A stretch of 64,000 bases of DNA from the human T2T-CHM13v2.0 reference genome, Homo sapiens: NCBI RefSeq assembly GCF_009914755.1, contig NC_060941.1; one strand, given 5' to 3'. The translations under genes and the position numbers were made by a program. The notes under the pieces were generated by a model that was not told the origin of the DNA, did no database searches, and worked only from the letters and a program-made list of their open reading frames with translations. Below, piece by piece: positions 1-12,399 of this stretch (position 1 is its first letter; the number at the start of each line of letters is the position of its first letter).

Positions 1-3000
1 GAACAGAAATGGTATACACTACAGAGCACAGTAATGGAATAATGAATGATTAAAGTTATTAATATTAGGTAGAAAATGAAGGGTATCTTTGAGAGCAGAT
101 CTCAGGGAGAAAGCAATTCACCTTATGAGGAAAGAGTTACCTGTGGATAAAGGAGAATCTGAAAAATTTACAAGTCAAGACTTTTTGAGCAAAAACAAAA
201 ATATGACTATTAGGCACCAATTCAGTACAGTGAAAAAAAAGTTGAAGAGATATCTTGGAAGTAAACCATGTTGTGGAAGAACATGTAGGGTTTTGATAAT
301 CATGGGATGATTCTTAATTAATTTTAAATGCGATAGGAATATATGAGATAATTTCACCAGAGAATAACATGATTGTGTTTGCATTTCAAAGGGGTGTATC
401 TGGTGCACTGTGTAGAATAAGTAGGTCATGTGAGCAAATAAATTGGGAGGCTACTGTAATCCAGAGAAAAAAGGTAGTGACTTAGGTGAGAATGCTGTTA
501 GTATGAGTGGTATTAGTGGTGAGAAGTCGTTAGGCCATGGATGTATTTCATAGGACTGGCCAAGAGAACTGCAGCTAAATTGGAGTGTAGGGAGTGAAAT
601 GGAGAACTCAAAGATGACCCTCAGCACTGGAAGGTGACAGCTGTCACTGAAGCATGCTGATGCCTCTTATTAAGAGAGTTACTTGGGAATGGCAAGATCA
701 AAACTTCTCACTTTCAAATTTATGAAAAATATTGTTTTCAGAACAAATGACTTTGGGATCAGAAAGCCATCATTCTAATTGATGGCTCCATGACTACACA
801 GGCTCACACTCCCAAGAACAAAATCATCACAAAGGTGCTTCCTGATAATTCTAGAGAATGGAGAATTACTGTAACATCTTTCTGATTTTAGGAGAGGTAG
901 CAGTTCCCTTTTTAGCCTAAATGCTATTTTTTTTAAAGCTCAGGCAAGAGACTCCATTATAATTTTCAAATGTGTATAACTTAACTTCTCATATTAAATA
1001 CCATTATGCTTAAATTAGTCAAAACATTTTCCCCATCTACAACTCTATCTTTTCATTGCAATCATTTTCACAAAAGTGACTGCAGCTAACAGACCCTAAA
1101 AGGGGAAAATCTAGGGTAGGTTATCTGATCTAGTTAGTTTTGAAGACAGGATCTAGAGATTATTTAATATGAAATAGGTCACCTGAAATGAAGTGTTTAC
1201 TGAAAACAGCTTGGATCAGCCCAGTTTTCTACCACTGAACCATGCATTTGGTTTAAAAAACACAACAACTCTGGGGAATATTGGCTGCTTCCAACTGTAT
1301 TGAAGGTGTTAAAGAAAAGAGCATAAAATTATAAATGATCATCTGAGGCCTTTATAGTCTCTGCTCAAGAGACTAGAGTCTTCCATTCTTAATGAAACAC
1401 CCAAATATCTTCATAATTAGGCAAATTCTAAATATCAGAGAGATAATTTTATCTTGAAGATTGTTAAATTATAATGGTGATTCACTACCTTGCCAAGTCT
1501 CTGAGTCAAAAATTAGATCTTTGTTTAGGAATTGATGGTACTTTGCAACTTGGAAATAGGAAGATTTTAGAAGACTCAAACATTGACTTTCTTGTGTGCA
1601 AAAAAAAGACGTATTGAGATAAGACAAGTCTTTCCTTGCAAGGATACCCCTAATGCTCATACACCACCTCCCCTAACGTTAATATAGCTTCCAGATCACT
1701 AACCAGTGTCAGAGAGCAGCCTATGCAACTACAAATTCAAAAGATGTTGAACACAGGGTCAAGCCTAGAATAAGGAGTCTTAGCTAATTTAGTATGCTTT
1801 TTTCCCGAAATTCATATTAACAAAAACTTGGATATGTCAGAGAATGCATTCTAAGTTCACTCAACCTAGGAGGGAGAAACATAATTTTAAATTAAGAGCT
1901 GAAGCAATCTTGTCCTAACAAAAAGCAAGGAAAACGAAATATCACCCCACAGGAAGGATTTCACAAATTAGTGTCAACATCAAAACCTTAAAATAGGCAA
2001 GGAAAATGGAGATTCACAATTAACTCTTCTACTTGTTTTGTTCAGAGAATAGATGGTTCTGAGAGAATGACAGTGAATTAACCCCAGCTGGTTTAGTTGG
2101 TGCTTTCAATTGCTGCTTCTGATAAACTCCTTTAGCTAGAATAAATTGATGAGGATTTTGGCATGTGGTATTAGAGATGGTTATTAATTTTGTCCTCTTA
2201 TTTGCATTGTTCAATGTAGTAAATACTAGCTGTATTTGGCTACTTAATTTCAAATTAATTACAATGAAATATACTTAAATATTGAATTTTTTAGTAACTG
2301 TTGGTTCATTATTGAATATCTTCAGCTAAGATTTCCCATCTAAAGACACTAAGAGGTGGCTTAGTTAACTGGTCGTCCACAAATATTGATGCTGTTGTTA
2401 ACTCCTGATATATTCTCTGCAAATAGAATATTCATGAGCCTCCTCCTGAAACCAGCAGCCTAGAGATAATTTTATAAATTGGACACAAGTTGGAAATCTA
2501 TACTCTTTAAGTTTTTGAAATATTAGCTTCCCAGGGAAGAAAATCAAATTCATAAGATATGTTAGGACAATTTAACTCAAGATGTTCAAAACTGAAATGA
2601 CATATTCTATAATATGTGATAAAACCACCCCCTAACAACTTAAAGCAAAACAGGGATTGACCTTAAAGACCTGCCTTTTCCTCATCCCCCAGCCAATCAG
2701 TTTTCAAATCTTGCATTTTATTTTGAAAAGTCCTTATCCCCTTAGTCTCTTGTTTCTAGACTTGGCACATATTTAAGTTTGTTACCTCTATCTATTGACT
2801 TTCCTCTCTTCAAACAGTATCTATGCCTGCCAAATGTGAACATACAAAAAACAAATCAGAATGTGCCATTCTGATTTAAACTGCTTATTAGTTAATACCC
2901 TCAAGATAACATCTGGGTTCTTAGCTGCACTAAGTTAAGCCTATTTACATCTTTTTTTGTCTTCGACTGCACTTTTCCTATCACATCACACTCCAGCAAT

Positions 3001-3009
3001 GCCAAGCTG

Positions 3010-3812
3010 TGCCGCCTTCTACCCCATTTCCACTATTTTGCCCCCGCCGCCGAGGCTTTTTGCCCCCGCCGCCGCAGCTTTCTCCCACCGTGGCTTTTGC
3101 CCCCGCCGACGCAGCTTTCTCCTACTGCGCCTTTTTGTCCCTGCTGCCGCGGCTTTTTGCCGCCGCGGCTTTTTCCCCCACCGCCGCGGCTTTTTATGGC
3201 TTTCTTCCCCCCACCGCCGCGGCTTTTTGCCCCCTGCCGTCGCGGCCTTTTGCCCCCGCCGCGACCTTTTGCCCCCGCCGCCACAGATTTTGGCCGCCGC
3301 GGCTTTTTGCCCCCTCCCCCACGGCTTTTGCCTACGCGGCTTCTTGCCCCCGCCGCCGCGGGTTTTTTCCCCCGGCCGCGGCTTTTTGCCCCCGCCGCCG
3401 AGGCTTTTTGCGACCTTTTGCTCCCCCCACCGGGGCTTTTTACCTCCGTCGCCGCGGCATTTTACCCCACCACCGCGGCTTTCTGCTCCCGCCGCCGCGG
3501 CTTTTTGCCCCCGCCGCCGCAGCTTTTTGCAGCTTTTTGCCCCTGCCGCCTCGGCTTTTTGTGGTTTTCTGCGTGCGCCGCCGCGGCTTTTTGCCCCCGT
3601 CGCCGCGGCTTTTTGCCGGCGCCGCCGCGGCTTTTTGCCCCTGCCACCGCCGCGGCTTTTGCGGCCTTTTGCCCCCCGCCTCAGCGGCTTTCTGCCACCG
3701 CGTCTTTTTGCCCCCGCCACCGCGGCTTTCTCCCACTGCGGTTTTTTGCCCCCGCCGCCGCGTCTTTTTGCCTCCGCCGCGCAGATTTTTGCCCCCGACG
3801 CTGCGCCTTTTT
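3010..3812. repeat. GC/CpG-rich degenerate tandem array, unit ~21-22 bp (GCCGCCGCGGCTTTTTGCCCCC); GCTTTTTGC/CAAAAAG-type pericentromeric repeat
   Basis: Dozens of variant copies of gccgccgcggctttttgccccc are visible. The + strand is very A-poor, which explains the stop-free ORFs in several frames. Confidence 0.92.
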
Positions 3813-3916
3813 CCCGCCCTGGCGGGGTCAGCACTGAGGGGTGCTCCTGGTCCAGCTCTCCAGGCTCGGGGGTTCCTTGCCTAGGCGCCCAAGCCCCCTG
3901 CCTGGGCCGCTGCGGC

Positions 3917-3988
3917 TTGCATAGAGCGGCCCTGCGCGCAGCGGCGATGGGAGAAAAGAAGGAGGGCGGTGGCGGGGGTGATGCCGCC
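3917..3988 (+). pseudogene. KSR1: KSR1 exon-1 N-terminal coding fragment (KSR1P-like); ~3,815-3,916 is probably its 5'UTR
   Basis: Translates as [24 protein letters not shown] versus the recalled KSR1 N-terminus [29 protein letters not shown]. The start ATG-GAT is replaced by TTG-CAT (3917-3922), and homology stops at ~3988. Confidence 0.85.
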
Positions 3989-3997
3989 GGGTCCAGC

Positions 3998-4072
3998 CCT
4001 CTCATCTTGTAGGTGAGGAAACCGAAGGCCTGAGGGAGAACTGACTTGCCAGGAACCCCTGTTAAGGAGAAT
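3998..4072 (-). mobile_element. MIR fragment
   Basis: ctcatcttgtaggtgaggaaaccgaaggcctgagggagaactgacttgcc resembles the MIR core (ATTTTACAGATGAGGAAACTGAGGC...TGACTTGCC). Confidence 0.55.
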
Positions 4073-4524
4073 TAACAAAGTGTGATTATTAAAGGAGCAC
4101 TGACTTGGGAGTGAGACCTGGAGGCCCACACCCTTGGTTAAGACATTATACCACCTTGAGTCTGGCCTGTTGACTGAGGGTGAGCCACTCTATCCTCATC
4201 TGATTGTGGGGTCTTGACCTCAAGGGGTTTCCTGCAGGAAGAAGCAAATGGGTTTGCTTTCCTAGCTCTGTCCAGTACCTTAGGGACCCTGAGAACTGGA
4301 GAGATTCTTGGAGAGCCATCTGGTGTATGTCATGGGTGGGCCTTTCTTGAAGGTCAGTCTGCCCAGTGGTCTGGCTCAGCCCCAATGAACTGTCTTGAAT
4401 CATTGGAGTTGTCTGTGTACTTTTAAGGGCTTCTTATCCTTGCACCAAAAGATCCCCTGGAAATTAGGTGGTAAAACCTTAACTTTTGTGGGGCCTTGTG
4501 TTTGTCTTAAAAGTTCATGCACAT

Positions 4525-4785
4525 AGCCAGGTGTGGTGGTTCACACCTGTTATCCTGTCCTGGATCCTTTGAGTCAAGGTGTTGAGACCAACCTGGACAA
4601 TATAGTGAGACCCCGTCTCTACAAAAAATAAAATATTAGGCAGGGGTGGTTGCGCGCATCTGTAATCCCAGCTACTACTGTGGCTGAGGCGGGAGGAGCA
4701 CTTGAGACTGCACTGAGCTGTGATCTCACCAGTGTACTCCAGCCTGGGCCACAGAGCAAGACCTTGACTCAAAAAAAAAAAAAAA
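4525..4785 (+). mobile_element. Old Alu (AluJ-like) with internal deletions
   Basis: Both Alu arms, A-rich linker and poly(A) at 4771-4785. Confidence 0.85.
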
Positions 4786-4906
4786 CCAACAAGAAAAATT
4801 CTTGAAGATTTTGCATTCTGTGCCACTATCCATTGGTTTTCATGTCAAGATAATGTCAGAAATTCTTTACAATTGCTTCCAGAAGGAGTAGACTTTTGAT
4901 CTAGTG

Positions 4907-5099
4907 CACAGGTGTCCAGTCTTTTGGCTTCTCAGGGCCACATTGGAAGAAGAATGCTCCTGGGCCACACATAAAATACACTAATGCTAACAACAGCTGA
5001 TGAGCTTAAAAAAAAAAAAGGTTTGTGCATAATTTTCATGATACCCACCACCACAGATAGGCGGAAAAGTCCTTGTAGTCAAAGGGTTGGACACGGCTG
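4907..5099 (+). mobile_element. MER30-like hAT-Charlie MITE
   Basis: ggtgtccagtcttttggcttc...gggccacattggaagaagaat...gggccacacataaaatacactaa...gggttggaca; 8-bp TSD ATCTAGTG (4899-4906) / ATCTAGTA (5100-5107). Confidence 0.85.
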
Positions 5100-5474
5100 A
5101 TCTAGTAGTGTCTTGTCATCCGTTTTGGCTTTCTCCCTGATTCCAGAATGCAGGTAGAGATGTAGAGACATGCTCTCAGGACAGCTGTTGAGATAAAAAA
5201 AAATCGTTGTCATTTATTCCCAAGCACAGCTGTTTGTCATTTGCATTGAAAAAGTCTCCATTGAAACTGCTGTCACATATAAAATCTATTTATATAAGTC
5301 TGTATTTTTCTGTTGTCTTGGCCTTTGTGGGCAGTAGTGTGTTTTAACTGAGCAAACTGTCCTTCCAAGTAATGAAGCAGGTAGGCAATCAGCCTACCTG
5401 CTTGCCATTTTTGTTCCCCTTCCATTTTTCTAACCTCAGGATAATTGTAAGAATGAAGTAAGATTTGTGTTTAA

Positions 5475-5620
5475 GGCCAGGCACAGTGTCTCAGGCCTGT
5501 AATCTCAGCACTTTGGGAGGCAGAGATGGATGTATCACTTGAGCTCAGGAGTTCAAGACCAGCCTGGGCAAGATACTGAGACTCCGTCTTGTATAATTAA
5601 ATTAAAATTTAAAAAAAGAA
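5475..5620 (+). mobile_element. FLAM / Alu left monomer
   Basis: ggccaggcacagtgtctcaggcctgtaatctcagcactttgggagg...gagactccgtct followed by an A-rich tail; no right arm. Confidence 0.8.
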
Positions 5621-6492
5621 GAGAGAAAGACCTGTTTAAAATTTAAAAAAAGGGGGGAAAGTGTAATGCAAAATGTGGACTATGCCAGCTGTGATTGGGA
5701 AAAATAATTTTTCCTACAGCATTATCTGTAGACTTGTATTAGCAGCATACTGGTCATAAGCGTTTTGCTTTCTTCAAATATGATGAGGTAAGCTACTTTA
5801 AAGTGTGGTGGGGCTTTCCTCCGCGTGGCTCCTGGAGGTGTTGAGTCCCAATTTAGCCAATTAATTCGGGTTTAGTTTTGATATGGATAAGGGAGACCAG
5901 CTTCATTCATGGTGCACACACAGTTTTGCCAATAAGGAAAAAAAAAAGCCACCTGAATGTTCCTACTCATTAGATGCTATCTGGAGAGCTCCTACCCCAC
6001 CGCCACCAAGGCCCGGGCCCTAAAAAAGACTCAATGCAGCCTTTCTGTATCTCATACTGTATTCTGCAAGATGCTCCTGTGAAAGAAAGTTGTGCTGCAT
6101 CAGCCATCTCCCTCCTGAAGATCCTTGCGAATGAGGATTTGTGTTTTAAAGGTTCTGAGAAGTCCTGCACCAACAGTTCTCAAACTTATTTGTCCAGAGG
6201 ATCTTTTCTTCCACTGAAAGTAGCTGGGGAGACACGGCCTTAAGCCTTGAGCAGAGAAAGAGACAAGAAACTGTTGTCTCACTTACAACCAAGTGTTGTG
6301 TTTATGTTTTAGGTTTTTATGAAACTGAGGTACTGTTTGAGGTTCTAAATCAAACTGGGTGGTTGAAGAGAGCCTGGTATCCCTGTAGACTTAGCCAGCC
6401 ATGAGAGGTTGCCTTTTGTTGAAGGAGGTGTTTTACAAAGGGAAATAGGGTGTCTCCTGGGCATCGCATTAGCACTTAAATACATGTATCAC

Positions 6493-7722
6493 TGAAATGA
6501 AATGAACTGATGAAATGATGAAATGAAATGAAATGATGGAATGAAATGAAATGATGAGATGAAATCATGAAATAATGAAGTGAAAGGATGAAATGATGAG
6601 ATGAAATGAAATGATGAAGTGATGAAAAGATGAAATGGAATGATGAAATGAAATGAGGAAATGATGAAATGCAATGGTGAAATGAGGGAATGATGAAATG
6701 CAATGGTGAAATGAAATGAGGAAATGAAATGAAATGAAGAAATGAAATGAAGTGAAATGATGAAATGAAATTAAATGATGAAATGAAATGAAAAGATCAA
6801 ATGATGAAATGAAGAAATGATATGAAATGATGAAATGAAATGATCAAATGAAGTTAAATGATTAAATGATGAAATAATGAAATGAAATGATGAAATGATG
6901 AATTGAAATGAAATGATCAAATGAAATGAAATGATGAGATGAAAAGATGAAATGAAATGAAATGACGAGGTGAAAAGATGAAATGAAATGAGATGAAATG
7001 AAATGATGTGATGAAATGAAATCATGAGATGAAATGATGAAATGATGAGATGATGTGAAATGATGTGATGAAATGAAATCATGAGATGAAATGATGAAAT
7101 GATGAGATGATGTGAAATGATGAAATGAAATGAAATAATGAAATGACAAAATGCAATGATGAGATGAAATGATGAAATGAAATAATGAAATGAAAGGATG
7201 AAATGATATGAAATGATTAAAGGATGAAATGAAATGAAATGATTAAATGAAATGAGGAAATGAGGAAATGAAATGATGAAATGAAGTGAAATGATGAAAT
7301 GAAATGAAAAGATGAAATGATGAAATGATATGAAATGATGAAAAGAAATGATGAAATGAAGTCAAATGCTGAAATGATGAGATGAAATGATGAAAGTAAA
7401 CGATGAAATGATGAAATAAATGAAATGAAATGATGAATTGATGAAATGAAATGATGAAATGAAATGAGATGAAAAGATGAAATGAAATGAAATGATGAAA
7501 TGAAATGAGATGAAAAGGTGAAATGAAATGATGAGATGAAATGAAATGATGAGAGGAAGTGAAATGATGAAATGAAATGAAATGTTGAGATGAAACGATG
7601 AAATGATGAGATGAAATGATTAGATGAAATGATGAAAGGATGAAATGAAAGGATGAAATGAAATGAAATGATGAAATGAGGAAATGAAATGATGAAATGA
7701 AATGAAATGATGAAATAGATGA
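6493..7722. repeat. Satellite-like simple repeat built from GAAAT and GAT words
   Basis: ~1.2 kb of gaaatgaaatgatgaaatgat..., nearly C-free on the + strand. It produces the F/H/I/S-rich pseudo-ORFs on the - strand. Confidence 0.95.
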
Positions 7723-7816
7723 ACCAAACATACTTATTCATTTTTTTCTTGGCATCCTTCTAAGAGTATTTTAGTGAGGCTAATTTCTAAAAATAAATTG
7801 CTATTCAATGGCTATA

Positions 7817-8190
7817 GAGTTGGCCTTTGCACCACAGTGGTTTAACTGTGCAGGTCTACTTAGCAAAACCAACAATTCTATATCCTTCTCCACACCCTGC
7901 CCATGAAAAGGATGAGGATGAAGACCTGTTTGATCATCTACTTCTATTTAATAACTAGTAAATATATTTTCCTTATGATTTTCTTTTTCTTTTATCTGGC
8001 ATGTTTGTTAAGAATACAGTATATAAGACATATAACATATTAAATATGTGTTAATTGACTGCTTGTGTTATTTGTAAGGCTTACAGTAGGCTATTAGTAG
8101 TTAAGTTTTGGGGAAGTCAAAGTTATAGTGGATTTTCTACTGTGCAGGGTGGTCAGCACCCCAGCCTCCGTGTTGCTTAAGGGTCAACTG
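7817..8190 (+). mobile_element. Tigger2a (MER28)-like TcMar DNA transposon
   Basis: Termini gagttggcc...gggtcaactg flanked by TA on both sides; internal gatgaggatgaagacct and gtaggctattagtagttaagttttggg. Confidence 0.85.
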
Positions 8191-10307
8191 TACATGTTAT
8201 TTCCTTTCCTGTAAGAGAAAAATGATGAGAAGGTCTTTTCTCCAATAAGTGTATTCAAAATGTAGCAGACTTAAAATGTGTCGGCGCCACCATTTTGCGT
8301 TTCACTTTGAAAACTTATTATTAAAAATCGTACTAAAGCCTACCTTACTTTTCCAACCTTAGAAAAAATGTTACAAAGAAAAGGGGTGAAACCATGCTAG
8401 TTTGCACTGAAATTTGAAATTATCTTTTAAAAATATATTTTTACTTTAATTACTTCCAAAATAGAGATCAGTTGCATACAAATGGCAGGTCACCCTAATC
8501 CACCCTACGACTGCACTTAGATTCATGAGGAATTGTGCCATCTAGAAAGGGCAGAGAAGAGGAGCCACATGCTTTGATTCTGTTGTCATGGTGTACTTAC
8601 TGCCAGGAAGAGGGCATGTTTGTGTATTTTTATGCTAATTATTATCCAAGTTGTTAATGATTTAGGCTTTCAGAACATATAAAGATTTTTTTCCTTTCAG
8701 ATATAAACTATCTTGCATTGTTCTTCTGATCATATGAGTGACAAATTTGCCTAAATATTCTTCAGACCATAATATTATGTCCATACAAATGCCAGTAGCA
8801 AGAGTAGAATCAACCACAATTGCCTTTGTAATTATTTAAAGCATGTGTGCCTATAAGTAATTGGCATTTTATATAATCAAGAATCTTTGATATAATAATA
8901 TCTCAACTATTTGAAACATGGCTTACATATATTAATTTTATATGCAAATATATATAATATCATTGTATATGAAACTAAATTTTGGACTTTAAAACAGCTT
9001 CTTAGAATCTTGACTTAAATGTCTAAAGTAATATTTGACTTAAAAAATTTAGCACACTGTCACTATGATGAAAAAAATTACTATAAAATTATTTAAAAAT
9101 TTTTTCCACCCTAACATTTAGACTATTCTCACATTTGTGGTTAAAACCTATTGCGATTGTTCTTAGAATTTAGATAAAAAATGTTCCAGAAAGTTTGAAG
9201 AGAAGCACTTTAGTCCATTTTTATTTGTTCAAGCATGAAGAAATGGCATTTCATTGTCCTTTTAAAAACTATTCAGATTCCCTCTTTGAATTCAAGTGTT
9301 TCAAAGATATTTTAAAATACCAAAATAGGAATAGAATATGAAGGGCTGGTTATGAGTAATATGATACACTTTTATGAGAGGATGAGATTACAATAACAAT
9401 ACCTCCTCTCATAGAATAGCCAGCAAGTCTCCACTAAATAAGTGCCTTGATTTTATAGATGTTTAATCATGGATATTGAGTTAATGTGAACCATTTGTAG
9501 ACACAGGAGTTTATTAAAGAATTATACAATATCTTTCAAGTATTTAGAAGCGTGTTGAAATTAAGCCTGCATCCCCACGATTTTCAGAGGTGCTGATGCC
9601 TAATAAACTCAACCCCTTGCATGCCAAAATTGGCTTAAAGCCCACCCGTTACCCAAGCTACACTTCAAGCATCAAGGCTCAAAAATGTCATTTTAAATAT
9701 GCAAGAGTTTGAGGAATTCACTACTCACACTTTCTTGAACAGTCTATCCAAGTGCATCAAGCACAATGTGAGTAAAGAAATTTTGACCAAAGGATTGATA
9801 GTAATGTTGAATACGTTTAATAGTAGATCTAAGATTAAAAGGTGAGATTGAGGGTGAGAAGAGTGTATGAATGCTTCGTGTTATGACAAAGAGAATGTAG
9901 CACCCAGGTCCTACCTGGTTGGTTGCATTGCCAGTGCCCACGGTAGGCTATTTTATCCAGGTTTTTAGGTTTTTTTGTTTTGTTTCGTTTTGTTTCTTTC
10001 TTTTCAGGAGAGTTAGTCCAAGACCAATAACTCCATAACTGGTAGATTTGGAAGATTTCAATAGTGCTTAACATTTTGTACATAGCTTTATAACAGTTTT
10101 CTTTTTCTTTTTTTCTGAGAGATTATTTTCAATATAACCCATCATGGTTGAACTTAAAGTCATTGCTTATATAAAATCTACAACTGCTGATATTTTGTAT
10201 CCTTTGCATTCCAGGTAATTCTTTTTGTGCATTTTCTGTGTTTTTCTCCATCAGTCTACCTAGATATTTCTTAGATTTAATATTTTAATATTTTTCTGAA
10301 AAAGTGA

Positions 10308-10668
<361 letters not shown>

Positions 10669-11292
10669 ATATTTCCTTCATTCTTTATGTTTATTTTACT
10701 GGTTTTATATATCTGTCTCTCACTGTTTCTCTCCTTCTCACATTCACTTTGAAGTTGTCAAATAGCCCAGGTGATGTTACAGATTGACTCCTTATAAAAG
10801 GAGACATTACACATTACACATGCATCTTAGTGGCATTACAAAAGTGTTTGGTTCATTTGTATTGACTATTCACCTTTAAAATATTTAAATAGTCATTAAA
10901 ATAGCTTCCAACCAATATTATTAGACTTATGTTTCTAGCTTTCTTTATTGTATTGATATTTACCTTCATTGCTGTTTGTTTAGGAAATATATTGTGTCAC
11001 GTTATTTCCGTGAAAATTGTTTGAATTTGTGGTATGGTCTAGAAAATGTTAATTTTTGTAAGTATTCTGTATGAACATGAAAATGACATGAATTATAATA
11101 TTCATGTTCCTTATATAACATTTGCCCTTTTTAAAATCTAGTAGCTTCTTTTAAAACTTAGTCTTTTAATTTCTTCTTTTATCTATTACTGAAGGATGTG
11201 TGTTTGAAAAGTCTATAATAATTTGGGGGCTTATCCATTTCTACTGACTTGCTGATATTTTTGCTTTATATAATTTGACTCTCTCTCTAAAT

Positions 11293-11352
11293 ATGTGTTT
11301 GTGTGTGTGTGTGAGAGTGTGTGTGGTGTGTGTGTATATATGTATATATGTA
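11293..11352. repeat. (TG)n/(TA)n microsatellite
   Basis: tgtgtgtgtgtgtgagagtgtgtgtggtgtgtgtgtatatatgtata. Confidence 0.85.
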
Positions 11353-11707
11353 TCAGGCTAATGCACATTTAAGTCATCACATCTTAATAACTTAAAACTT
11401 TTATTACACTGGTTAGACTAACTAATTTTAATAAATGTTTCTAACTTACATTCTATTTTGTCTACATAGCAACCTTTTAAAAAATTATATTCATGTAGTA
11501 TGTTTGCATGTATATCATATATACACACACTATCTGTATTGTTTGAACTTCAAAGTTTCTGAAAATTTATATATTAGTTGCCTCTCGTAACTATGATAGA
11601 GACGGAATTTTTTAATTTTGCCAGTCTTTGTATTTTAACAAAAACATTGTCTACGTAGGTTTAAGTTAATCTTTGATCATTTATACTTAATTTGTTTTAT
11701 TAATTTG

Positions 11708-11708
<1 letters not shown>

Positions 11709-11754
<46 letters not shown>
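11709..11754. repeat. (TA)n microsatellite
   Basis: Pure TA run of about 45 bp. Confidence 0.95.
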
Positions 11755-11756
<2 letters not shown>

Positions 11757-11880
11757 GCCTCATTTTTTCCTATCAGGGTCTGTCTTCTTGTTTTTTAATT
11801 ATGACTTTTATTTTTATTGTTTTCATAGATACAACAGAGAAATGCATAATGTCCAGTGAATTTATTACAGTTCCAAAGTC

Positions 11881-12219
<339 letters not shown>

Positions 12220-12399
12220 TCAGACAATTAAGGGGTCTTTGAATACTTCAGCCCTAATAAGTTGCTTCCTAACATACATATTTCCGTGCTTATCTAATTT
12301 TAAATATCTTTTTGTTTCAACACCTAATTTTTTATTTAGGTCTATCTGTATGTTTACAATGTATTTTGCTCTGTGTTCATTCTTTGATTTCAGAACTTC

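Noticed and set aside
3010-3812. CRISPR-like array
   Set aside because: Units are head-to-tail and degenerate with no unique spacers. The context is primate DNA with no cas genes.
2957-4012. Seven overlapping long ORFs on both strands as genuine genes
   Set aside because: They result from the A-poor GC repeat, which rarely forms stop codons. Only the last ~24 homologous codons (KSR1) match a real protein.
6476-7741. His/Phe/Ile/Ser-rich ORFs; also considered HSat2/3
   Set aside because: The ORFs are translations of the ATTTC/ATC repeat. The canonical GGAAT pentamer is almost absent, so it was not called HSat2/3.
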